A stretch of 64,000 bases of DNA from Sphagnum compactum. Its lineage: Eukaryota. A program made the translations under genes and the position numbers. This document shows, in pieces, positions 13,560-25,420 of this stretch. The notes under the pieces were generated by a model. It was not told where the DNA came from. It worked only from the letters and a program-made list of their open reading frames with translations, and did no database searches. The DNA lies in NCBI GenBank assembly GCA_965153455.1, contig OZ234494.1, positions 6,882,001-6,946,000 of the forward strand, given 5' to 3'. Position 1 is the first letter of the stretch. Every line of letters starts with the position of its first letter.

Positions 13560-14583
13560 CCTACCTCCTGTTCAACAACAATATAATTGGAATCACGAAT
13601 GAAACCATTGAGATGGTGAGATTCAAATCCTCTAACTTGCACCACGCATGTTTGAAGTCTTATGCACGCTTGGGGGCAAATGCTCTACTTTTTGTTCACC
13701 CAATCATTCCACCTTTCCATCTAGCCTCTAATGTTTTTTCATTTATGTTACACATTAGATTGGGCCTCCCCCATCTTTTAACTCTGGGAGCGACTATTGC
13801 ATACATGGCCAACCCTTAAAATCTTAAGATAGGGACCCACCTTTTTCATTGCTCCCATGGTGGGGAACGGATTGCATTGTGAGAACCATGGGTTTCATGT
13901 GTCACATGAGTAAACACATGTCCTTCCACCACCTCCCCTTCAGTTATTTCGTTGCCAAATTATTGATATCATGTTATCAACTAATGGCATTCATAAATTG
14001 GTGGATGTGGTCATTGTCAATCCTACCCAAGTAGATTTGGTTTCTCAAGTTGTTTCATCTTGCAAAGCAACCACAACAATGGCGGTTTAAGCAAAGGAAG
14101 GACTTTATCATGATCAACACCTGACATATGCCTTTCTTCTCCAACAAGCAAATGACTTTTTTCATCAATATGTTAGCATGGCATGGTTAGCAAAGGGGGG
14201 ATTAGTGGCCTTCCTTTGACAACTTTACATACCCTTTATGGGCAAAAAATGTTGATAGTTTTGCAGAAATCACAAGTTATTTCTATTTTGAAACATGCCA
14301 TCATTGCAAATTAACGTCCTTCTAGGCTTCTTGTGCTTTTAGGTTTCCTTCCTTTTTAAAAAAAATATGTTTTTTACAACTAGTGGGGGTTATAATTCTT
14401 GCAACTGATGGGGGCTATAATTTTTGCAACTAGTGGGGGCTCTGGAACATAATTTGTTTTTTTCCCCCCTGACCCACATTGGGTGTTTGCACTTGTGGCT
14501 TGGACTTGGGTCCTCTCTCATTGTTTTTCCTTTCCCCTTTTGTTGGGTGTTTTGTTCAATAAATCTTGCTATGGTTTAATCAT
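13560..14583 (+). mobile_element. 5'-truncated, degenerate CRE-like non-LTR retrotransposon (Zn-knuckle plus restriction-like endonuclease region and 3' UTR)
   Basis: Reading across frameshifts gives LKSYARLGANA..PIIPPFHL..IRLGLPH, GTHLFHCSHGGERIA, LVDVVIVNPT, AKEGLYHDQH and IVLQKSQ..SILKHA. The pyrimidine-rich 3' UTR ends GGTTTAATCATTTT. It is homologous to the copy at 14968-15510. Confidence 0.75.
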
Positions 14584-14967
14584 TTTATTACCTTTAGCAA
14601 ATTGTGCAAAAATGTTGGGCTAAAACCATATTGCTAAGCCAAACATTTTTTTGATTTTTTTTCATCTAATTTTAATGGGGAGGCTCACATACTTAACATC
14701 ACTAGAGACACTTTAAGGAGGTGAACGTGTTAGTCCATGTGCTGCTTTGTTTTGGCCTTGAGTGAAGGCCTCTTAGATGTTGCAATATTTAATCCAGGAG
14801 TAATTTTGTTTTAGGAATTTTTGTTTGTAGCCAAAATGGTGATCATTCATAAGATGTAGAAACAATGATGATCATCCCAAGGAAAATTTAGACAAATTTG
14901 GCACCAAATCAAACATAAAATGTAAAACAATTAATCATCCTTCTATGTATTTGGGTACACAATGAAA

Positions 14968-15510
14968 ATGATGAAACCTGAATTGCCAAACTTCATAAAA
15001 AGAAAGCACCCAAAAAAGGGGAAAAAAAAAACAAAGGGGAAGGACCAAAGTGCAAACAAACAAACAACCCAAAAAAAACATGCCACATGGAGAAAAGGGA
15101 ACCATTAAGTACCAAAACCTCCATTAGTCACGTGGAGCATATCAACTAAAGAAAGGGGAGGTAAGCTCGATAAAATTCCAAGCCTAGAAGAACCCTCCCC
15201 TACAATAACAACATGCCTCAAGATGGAGGTGGCATTTGCTATCCATAAAGCCACTAATATTCTCTGTTTATAAAAGGAATGCAACACCGATAAAAGATGG
15301 CCTCTAGTGGTTTTTGTTGTCCATGCCATGTTAGCACATCGATGAACAAAGTTGTTGGATTGTTGGTGAAGACACCCAAAAACCTCTATAACAAGAGGAA
15401 AAAACATGTCCGTTGGATAATAATCATGATGAAGTCCTTCCTTCAATTGAGCCACCATGGTCGTCCCCACCCTCCTAGAAAAAACTACTCGTGAAACTAA
15501 ATCTATTCGT
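14968..15510 (-). mobile_element. Second CRE-like non-LTR 3' fragment, convergent with the first
   Basis: ORF 15105-15536(-) reads AQLKEGLHHDYYPTDMFFPLVIEVFGCLHQQ..RILVALWIANATSILRH, the F.PL..E.FG and R..VAL...NA..I pattern of RLE-type LINE C-termini. The 3' end reads GGTTTCATCATTTT on the minus strand. Confidence 0.78.
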
Positions 15511-16099
15511 AAAAACCATATATATGAATCTAACAACTTTTAATCCTTTTTTTTCCTCTTTTGATAATTGAAAACCTTTGAAATGGCTTCTTTTTCAAGA
15601 TTTTAATAATAACATTTTGTTTTTCGCCAAGAAAAATAAAGATGCCTAGGACTTGTTAATTTTGGACTTGAAAACGTTGATTTTCTCTTGCACTACTAGA
15701 ATTCCTATTTTTTCAAATTGACCAAGTTGACTAAATGGGTTTTTTTTACTAGAGGACATAATTTTTTACTAAAGGCCAAGGGCTTGAATGACAGTGGGTA
15801 TTTTTTGACTAATCAATTTGACTAGAATGATCAATTTGACAATTAGTCTAGTCAAATTGGACTTTAAAATACCACCTAATCAAATTGGTTAAGGGCCTAA
15901 TCAATAAGACCACTCAATTTAGTCAAATTGGCAAGTGCCATACTCAATAAGGACACCTATTATATTCAATCAATAAGGCTAACTAAATAGGCCTAGTCAA
16001 AAAAGTCAATTACAAATTCTAATACTAGTTGGGTATCTTGGGACTACATTTAACATTTTGATTATGTTTGACCAATTAGAAACAATTTGGAAAATGTAA

Positions 16100-17760
16100 A
16101 AGTTAGCTAATCATAACTAAATGAATCATGACCAAATTAATTATGATTAAACTAATTATATGTATGGTTTATCCAACTATGGTTAAATTAACTATATTGA
16201 AATTAATTATGGTTCAACTACTTATGAAAAAATTAATTAATATTCAAACTAACCATAATTAATCTAACCATGGTCAATTTAATCATGTTCAATTAACCAT
16301 AGTTTGTTTAGTTGTATATGTTTTAACCATGCTTAGTTTAACCATATTTAATTTAACCATTGTTCACTTATACATAATTAATTATTCCATCATTTTTTTG
16401 GCCCATATCTAATTTAATTATGGCTAGTTTAGCCATAAGTAATCTAGCAATTATAAAGAGTTTAACCATGGTCAATTTAAAATAATTGGTTTAACCTTAG
16501 TAAGTTTAGCCATGATAATTAGTTTAACATAATTAATTTAACCAATACTAATTGGGCCATTGTTGGCTTTGCCATAATGAATTTAACCATGGTTATTATA
16601 AGCATAACTAAATTAACTAAATTTATTTTTCACATGTTATTATTTTACCTTAAGAAATTAAACCATAATCAATATACCCATAATTTTGTCATAATTAATT
16701 TCTACAAAATTGGTTTTGCCATAAAATACTTAGTCATTAGTTAGTTTAACCATATTAATTTATTAGTGGTTAGTTTAAGCAAATTTTATTTACTCATGAT
16801 TAGTTTAACCATTTCTAGTGTAGCCATATTTAGTTTTTCCATAAATATTTAAACCATTTTGATTATAGCCATGATTATTTCATTCATGTTTATTTTAGTC
16901 ATAATTAATTTTTGCATAGTTGGTTTTGCCATAAAATATTTATTCATTAGTTAGTTTAGCAATATTAACTTTATTAGTGGGTAGTTGAACCAAATTGATT
17001 TACTCATGGTTAGTTTAACAATTTTTAGTTTAGCCATGGTCAATTTTGCCATAATTATTTTAACAATTTTTTGAAAACCATAATTACTTCATTCATGTTT
17101 ATTTTAACCATAATTAATTTTTGGATAGTTGATCTTTGCCATAAAATATATATTCATTAGTTTGTTTAACCATATTAACTTTATTAGTAGTTAGTTGAAC
17201 CAAATTTATTTACTCATGGTGATTTTAACCATTTATAGTTTAGCCATTGGTTAATTTTTCCATAAATATTTTAACTATTTTTATTTTAGCCATAAATAAT
17301 TTATGCATAATTGGTTTAGCCACAAAATATTTATTCATTGGTTAGTTTAGCCATATTAACTTTATTCATGGTTAGTTTAGCCATGGTTGGTTTAACCATA
17401 AATTATATATTCTTTAGCTAGTTTGGCCATATTTATTTTACTCGTGGTTAATTTAATCATTTCTAGTTTAGTCATAAAATAGTTATTCATTTGTTAGTTT
17501 AACCATATTTATTCATTGGTTAGCTTGGCCTTGTTTACTTTATTCATGGTTAGTTTCATCATATTTATTTAGATATGGTTAATTGAACCATAATTAGTTT
17601 AGTCATGGTTTTTTTCCATAACTATTTTTAATTTTTGATTGGTTTAACCATTACTAGTTTAATATTCATTAATTTTTCCATAATTACTTTAGTTGTGGTT
17701 GGTTTAAACATTATTTTACCAATCATTAATTTTGCCATAATTAATTTATCCTAGGTTAAA
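16100..17760. repeat. Degenerate AT-rich tandem array (TTAACCAT / AGTTTAGCCAT units) inside the CACTA element
   Basis: Dozens of ~20-bp variants of (GG)TTAGTTTA(A/G)CCAT, plus a ~210-bp higher-order repeat visible at about 16700-17350. Confidence 0.8.
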
Positions 17761-18776
17761 TTAGGCACCTATTTAACTTATGTAATGTAAATATGTGGTT
17801 AAATACCTATTTAACTTATGTAATGTAAATACAATTAGCTTATATGTAAGTGTTTTTATTTATACATACCATACTTATACTCCATTTATTTACCTATATT
17901 TTAGCTTATAGGTAACTTAGTTATATAGGCTAAAGTAGGCCATTTATATACCCATGATAAATTATTAATTAATTAATTAATTATTTATTTATTTACCTAA
18001 AATACACTAATGAATGTGTAATTAAATAGTTAAATATTAATTATTACAAATACATTGTTCATAATATATAATGAATTAAGTCAAATTTGTAAGGATTAAT
18101 TATAATTTGGTTGTAATTATCAATCAACAATATAGTACATTATAACTATCTTGATATTTTATATAATTCAAGGATTTATAATATGGTTGTAGTTATTAAT
18201 TATAATTAAATAACTAGACATTAACTATTATTAATTTTTTATTTAACTTAATTAACATACATATTTACCTACCTTTTTATTTATTTACTTAAATTATGTA
18301 TCTTACGTAGTTATTTAGTAATAATGTTATATGAATTAAAAGGCTCTAGTGTTGTGTGGACATGAAAATGTTTCTCCCTCCCAAAATTTGTCCCATATTG
18401 TTTGTCATCCTTTTCAAATGATGTGCAATATAAATAGATGCACCATAAGCATCCAAAACATAAGAAATATTTTTAAAAGGAAGGTCACTTGGGATGAGCC
18501 AATTGAAAAGGCTCAACCTTAAAGGCCAAATTCAAAATGAAATAAGATTTTCCTACCTAGGTCATATAGGTGTAGGCTTAATCTAGGTGATGTACATTTA
18601 AGCCTAGTATAGGTCATATCTTAGGTTGCCCTAGCCTATTTTAGGCTTCTATACTTAGTTGTTAGTTATAAGCTCCTAAACCTAGACCTAGGAATGTAGG
18701 TTGTACGTTCCTAAACATAGGGACCTTAGGAGTAAGTATCTAATTTTAGGTCTAACCTAGGTTATTTAGGTTTTAT

Positions 18777-19176
18777 CCACGTGGCATAGCTTAATGGCTA
18801 ATATTTAAATGTCACATGGCATAATCGAGATGGCCAATGTTTAAATGTCATGTGTCATAACCTAGATGGCCAATATTTAAATGCCATGTGGCATAACCTA
18901 GATGGCCAATGTTTAAATGTCACGTGGCATAATTTAGATGGCCAATCTTTAAATGCCACATGGCACAACCTAGATGGCCAATGTTTAAATGCCACATGGC
19001 ATAACTTAGATATCTCACGTGGCATACCCTAGGTGGCCAATGTTTAAATGCCATGTGGCATAACATAGATGGACAATGTTTTAATCTCATGTGGCATTAG
19101 CCTAGGTGGCCAATGTCTAAATGCCATGTGGCTTAACTTGGGTGGCCATTGTTTAAATGTCACATGGCATTTGCTT
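18777..19176 (+). repeat. 36-bp tandem repeat, about 11 copies, each with a G-box-like palindrome
   Basis: Consensus GCCAC(G/A)TGGCATAACCTAGATGGCCAATGTTTAAAT. It explains the 12-aa periodic ORF 18850-19032. Confidence 0.9.
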
Positions 19177-21064
19177 AGTCGAAATGGTGTTTGACTAGTC
19201 AAAAAATCATTTGATTGCTATATTGACTAGTCAAAAATATTAGTTGAAATGACTAATCAAAAGTACCAGTTGAAATGACTAGTCAAAAATGCCAACTTAG
19301 GCTTGTTCAAAAAGTACATGGCCCAATCACAACGGACATGTTCAAAGCGACTTGTCCAAAATGATTAGGAGGTTTTTTTTAAGCATGTCCAAAATGGGTC
19401 TTTTTTGACCAAATTTTCTAATTAAAAAAAAAGGAATTTTAGTAGTGTTGGTAGCATTTATAAGCAAACCCCAAAAAAATAGTGTTGGCCGGTCCAGGGT
19501 ACTAGGTTAGTTATTTTCCATGGTATTAATGTAGGTGTTGGTTCACCCCAAGCCCAATTTGGGTTTGGGTGACTTCCTTTTCATGATTTTGGGTGTGCTC
19601 CACTAGCCATATATTGTGATATGTACCACCATTTTTGTCTAGTTCTCAATTTTGAAAGGAACCTTCAGATTGGATTTTTCAATTGTGTTTTCTTACACGA
19701 GAGCACATGAACATGAACAAATTTTGGGTGCCACATATGTCCTTTAAGTGATTCTAATGTATCCTCCAAGTTCAAAAAATGTAATTGCGAAAAATCCCAA
19801 CAGCACAAGGACTCATCCAGCCTATGATATGATATGGTATTCAATTATAGTAAACAGGTCGTTGCCAAACCAACGATGAGCATTTCTTCAGAACTTTGAA
19901 AATTGTGTCGCAAGGAACAACAATCGGTAGTGCATTTTGTTATATTCTTATTGAGTGTTTGATATGAAGCTTCAATTAATCATTCACTCACTTGAAAAGC
20001 ATTGCATTGCATTGCATCATTAGTTTCACAAATTGTTAGCCATAAGGACATCTTTGCAAGTGAGTATCTCTATTGTTCAAATGTTTAAGTCGGTGTTGGG
20101 TGGTTATCATAACCAAGAACATACCACCAACATGTTTATCCAAGCAATTTTGAAGGTTCATAATTGTGGATCTCAAGAATCAAAAGATTTGGTTCTAATA
20201 TTTAACCATAGTTCTCATAATTTTGAAAAGAATCAAATTGGTTAGTTGGATTAAGAATCAACTAACTGCACATTAAAATTGGTTAAAATCAAAACCATTT
20301 AATTATTTAATTGAGAATAAAAAAATTGACTAGGTAACTAATTTGTTACTATTGGTTGTTGACTTGGGCTTGAATGACCTAACCCCCATGACTACACCAG
20401 TTTCGTTTCAAATGAACTAGTGATCATCCAATTACTAAACCTAGTACAATCACAGAGGTTGAGTCACATTATTTTTGGCTCGCCCTTCGAGAGAATGTTT
20501 TTCAATCGTGGACCCTGTTCACCCAACTACCCCATTCAAAAAACATATTCCTAACTACCTCGCTCTTCTACCTATGTCATGGATTTTTTTTCAATTTTTT
20601 TTTTGGCCATCATTATCACTATTGTTGCTACAAATTTGAAAGAACAATGCCATTGCTCATTGCCGTCATTGATGTTTAAAAAAGAACTAGGAGTTGCTGG
20701 AAGTTCAAGGTGTGAGCAATGCAAGGTGCAACATCTTCAAGAAGACACAAAAATAAGGTACGTCTTTTACATTTTTTTTCTGCACTTGGTTTCTTTACAT
20801 TTTCAGTTTGGGTTTAGGTTTATGAGACCTTTAATTGCTTTGCTTGCTTTTAGAGTTCATTAGCGTTTGGACTGTGTTTTAACTACGGATTTGATTTGTT
20901 TGTTGGAATAATCGTTGTTGGAATGATCATTGTTTGAGCTTGCAAGAGCGATTGTGTTTCTTGGAGCGATCATTATTAAAACAAAAGACCGATCATATTT
21001 GTTGAAAAGCAAGTACATTTTTCTTTTAGGTCTATTTTATTAAAAAAAAATTTGTTGTGCTTGT

Positions 21065-23780
21065 AGAAGATGACGATGAACTAGTTTCACTACTAGAAAT
21101 TTTGTGTTTTGCAACTATCGTTTGTAACTAAAATTCAGTTGCATGCGACACATGCAACTACAAATTTGTGTAGTTATCTAAGACAAGTTGCACATGACAT
21201 TTAGCTACATGCAACACTATGTATGCAACATGTATATATGGTGCTAATATACATGTTCATCCATACATACTAATCCAAATGTAGTAAACCTTATGTGCAA
21301 CTCTCCTTGCAACTACAATGTAACTAATAAAAATATGACATGTGTTTAAAAATTGGATAACTAGCTTGTGGACACGTGTCACTTTTAATTATTTTTTTGT
21401 TTTCAAAATTAAAAATTCATTGGATTAATCTCAATCATTAAAATTTTCGCCACTAAAATGATGACATGTGGCACACCATGGAACCTTCATTGACCATTTG
21501 ACACGTGTCCTTTTTTAACACCAATTATATGATGACACGTGGTAATTAAGGCCCACCTAAATTTAATTTTAAAATATTAATTAATGAGAATTTTAAATCG
21601 TCTAATTTATGGCTAATAAGATGTTAACACGTGTTGCCTAGGTAGGTAGGTAATTATTAAACCCTATAAGGTAAGTAGGTAATTATTAAACCCTATAAGG
21701 TAAATAGGTTTATTTAGGTATGTAAATAGGTTGAACATAGTTAGGTTTAAGCTATATAGGTAAAATTAGAATTATTTTATTTTATTTTAAAGATTAACCA
21801 TTTCATAAAGGTCAAGCTTAATTAATATAATTTAATTTATTTTAACCATAAATAATTTAGCCTAACTTAATTTAGCCATATTTATTTTAACCTAATTTAT
21901 TTTAGCCATAATTAATATAGTTTAATTTATTTTAATCATAAATAATTTAGCCTAACTTAGTTTAATTATGGTTAGTTTAGCCTAATTTAATTTAGCCATG
22001 GTTAGTTTAACTTTTTTGTTTATTTAGCCTAGGTTAATTTAACCATGGTTATTTTAGCTTAGGTTAGTTTATGTTAGCCTAAGTTAACATGGGGTTAACC
22101 TTAATATTAGAAGCACATAGTATTATTATACATAGCCTATGTAGATATATATAAATATATATAAGTTTACGCCATCATTTTTATGACACGTGTCCATGTT
22201 GTATACATTTAGTTGCACGTTAGTTGCATGCACACCCGTATGGCTGAAAAATTATACAATACCAAATTAATAGTTGCAAACATGATCGAGATAGTTGCAA
22301 ACGACAACCAGTTACATGCCACTTGCATAGTGACTAGTTGCAAATGACAGGATTCCTAGTAATGTTTGTTGTCTTTGGATTTCTTTTGTGTTGCGATCAA
22401 AAGACTACGATAAGCCTAATTGCTTGTCATCATTCTTTTGGTTTATTGTTTGGGGCGTTGCAATAGAAGATTAGAAGATGACGTCGAGCCTCGTTGTCCT
22501 CTTCTTATTTGTCTTTTTCATTTGCTACAACATAAGATGACGAAAGCCAAACTTGTCATCATTTATTTTTTCATTCACTGCCAGAAGACAATGATGAATG
22601 AGGGGCTTGTTGTCATCTTCTCCCTTTTTTTTCATTAGCTGCAAAAGACAACGACGAGCCCTTGACTCATCGTCATCTTATTGTGTTTTCTCCATTAAAT
22701 GCAGACAATGACGATGAGCTAGGGGCTCGTCATCGTCTTTTCCCTTTTTCATTAGTTGCAAAAGACGACGACGAGCCCCCAGCCCATCTTCATCTTCTTG
22801 TGTGTTTTTTCCATTAATTGCAAACAACAATGACGAGTTGGGGGCTTCTCATCATCGGCTAGTTTTTTTTCAATACCTACAAAAAACGACGACAAGCCCA
22901 TGATTTGTCATCATCTTATGATACTTTGTTCATTAATTCCAAAAGACAACGACGAGCCCCCAACTCATGATCGTCTTCTGATACTTTGGTCATTAGTTCT
23001 AGAAGACAACGACAAGCCCCCGACTTGTTGTCGTTTTCTAATACTTTGTTCATTAATTTCAGAAAACAATGATGAACCAATGATCGTCATTGTCTATTTT
23101 TTGTTTATGTGCACCTAAAGAAGATGACAACGAACGTTGGTTCATTGTCATCTTTTTTTGTTCATGCATTCAAAAGACAATGATGAGCCTACCAAGCTCG
23201 TTGTCGTCTTCTAAGTCTTGTTGATGGGCTGCAAACAACAACGAGTCGATCAAGTTCATCGTCGTGTTTTTGTTTTATTGCATTGCCGCACAAGATGATG
23301 ACGAGCCGACTAGGCTCATCGTCGTATTTTCTTCTTTTGATGGGCTGCAAACGAGAACGAGTCGATAACGTGTTGACTTGTCATCGTCTTCTTTTTTTGT
23401 TCATGCATTCAGAAGATGACGACAAGTTAGGCTCGTCCCTGGCTCGTCATCATCTTCATTATGTGTAGATTCCACAAAAGTCATATTATGGGTCTTATTG
23501 ATGGGTTACAAACGACGATGAAACAATAAGGTTCATTGTTGTTTTTTTTGTTTTATTGCATTGTTGCACAAGACAACAACGATGAGCCAATGAGGCTTGT
23601 CGTCGTTTTTCTTCTTTTGATGGGTTGCAAATGATGACGAGCTAACAAATTTCATTGTCATCTATGTTTTTTTGTTGTGTCATAGAAGATGACGATGAAC
23701 CAAGCTCGTCATCGTCTATTTCTTTGGTTTCATTGAGGTAGAAGACGACAACGAGCTGGCCAGGCTCCTAGTCGTCTTTT
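21065..23780. repeat. Array of about 24 imperfect palindromic units, period ~58-60 bp; the first unit is split by the CACTA insertion
   Basis: Each unit is GAAGACGACGACGAGCC-(loop)-GGCTCGTCGTCGTCTTC-like, followed by a T-rich linker of about 25 bp. The continuous part spans ~22400-23780. Confidence 0.85.
21088..22364. mobile_element. Non-autonomous CACTA element, 1277 bp, nested in the hairpin array
   Basis: Left end CACTACTAGAAATTTTGTGTTTTGCAACTA; right end TAGTTGCAAATGACAGGATTCCTAGTAATG. TSD TTT at 21085-21087 and 22365-22367. Subterminal TGCAACT/AGTTGCA motifs. Confidence 0.88.
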
Positions 23781-24039
23781 TTTGTTATTAAACAAATAAG
23801 TGACACGTGTCAATCTAATAATATATATTTATTTAAAGTATTTTAATTTAAAAATACTTTAAAATAATTAATATAGTTAATATATGCAATTAATGAAATA
23901 TAATAATATAATAATAAATATTAATTTAAAGTGAATCATAATGAAAGAATGAAGTGTAATAATGTTATAATATTATAATATTATGTTAATTAACTGTAAT
24001 AAAAAAGGTATTTTAATTATTTTAAAAAAGTTTGATGAT

Positions 24040-25420
24040 TTTTTTTGGAAGGTCTTTTAGTCTTTCTAAAACAAAATTTGGAGTTTTGTTTTAGGATGGT
24101 TGTTCAAGGAAATGTGCAAGAAAGGCACGAAAGGTGTCAAATGCAATTGAAGAGGAAGCAACACCAAATACAATTGAAGAATAAACAATTGTCGTATATG
24201 CAGCCTTGCCTTATCAAGGTATGTCATGAAACATGCATTCTGAATTTGCATATGGCCACATCAAAACCCATCCTTACTTTCCATGTGAGAGTAACAATGG
24301 GGATTTTTGGGTAATTTTTTTAATAGCAATACCTGAACATTTCTAATCAAGTTTCTTTCACATAATAGAATATTACCTTAGTTTTTGGTTCACAATATTT
24401 TCATCCTTTTATATTTAAGGTTATGACTTAATGAAATACCTTCAAATTGCTGACATTGTGGTGGCTGACCTTGATGTAATTCCTCACTATGTATGTTGAT
24501 TTAATGTAATACCTTCATTTTTTTTGCCATTGTGGTGGTTGGCCTAAGTATAATTTCACACTATATACATTGTTTTAGTGCAATACCTTCATTAGTTGTA
24601 TTAGATCTTACACTTCAAGACGTTCTTCCAATTCAAAATGAACATGGAGATGTAATGGAGGATAGTGAATGGGTTCACAAAGGCTCAAGATGGTGTTGTA
24701 AAGTGGATGCATGCACTAGTTCTTATGCGGCCAAATGGTTGCTCTGTTAGCACTTAGAACGAACACACTCCTTTCGAATGCAAGCTGGGAGATTAAGACA
24801 TCCATCTATTCATCCTTGGGGGGCTAGGCAACAAGATCAAGGTACTATGAATGTTCATATTTTGAGCAACCTGCATGTAAGGCAAAAGCAGAATGAAAAG
24901 AAGGCCTTTGATCAAGTGAAGAAGAAAGTGGAATTAGAGTGGATGAACTTCAAGCCCAAGCACAACAAATGCCACAGGTTAAACAACCCTTGTTGGTATG
25001 ATTAATCTTTGAGATGTTGTGGGGCATCATTGGGATTTGGCGTGGGGGGTGGGGTTCATCCCACAAAGTGCATGGGTGTTCCTTGAAAAAGATGAAAATT
25101 TTGTTGAAGTATTCGAGCAAGCAAAGTAATTTATGCAAAGCCTCTGAAAGTTGCATGGGGTGTTTGGAATTGGACATTAAAGTTTCATAAACGCAACCGA
25201 GCCAAATAAATGGATGCAATATCCAAGTACCATGATTCCGAAATTACTCATGGGCGGTATACTTCCATATATATATATTACACATTGGAATCTAATTTGT
25301 TTTTTTGTGTTAGGCTTTGAGGCACAACAAAAAAGGCTTTTGTTGCAGATGCAATTTGACTTGCACTTGAGCATTGTCAACTATTTACTCATCATCATCC
25401 AACAAAAGTTGTAGAAACTG
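24040..25420 (+). pseudogene. Decayed C2H2 zinc-finger ORF, probably a MULE accessory gene
   Basis: 24697-24768 encodes C-KVDA-C-TSS-Y-AAKWL-L-C*-H-LERT-H, canonical C-x4-C-x3-Y-x5-L-x2-H-x4-H spacing with one internal stop. A basic, coiled-coil-like segment follows (RQKQNEKKAFDQVKKKVELEW). Outer limits are approximate. Confidence 0.55.

Larger units (their letters stand above)
15691..19447. mobile_element. Non-autonomous CACTA (En/Spm) element, 3757 bp
   Basis: Left end CACTACTAGAATTCC at 15691; right end GGAATTTTAGTAGTG ending at 19447. Exact TSD TTG at 15688-15690 and 19448-19450. Subterminal TTGACTAGTCAA-like motifs occur at both ends. No transposase is visible. Confidence 0.92.

Noticed and set aside
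18850-19032. 12-aa repeat protein (WHNLDGQCLNAT)
   Set aside because: It is a by-product of the 36-bp tandem repeat inside a CACTA element.
22400-23780. CRISPR array (palindromic repeats plus spacers)
   Set aside because: The repeats are degenerate, the linkers are related to one another, no cas genes are present, and the context is plant nuclear DNA.
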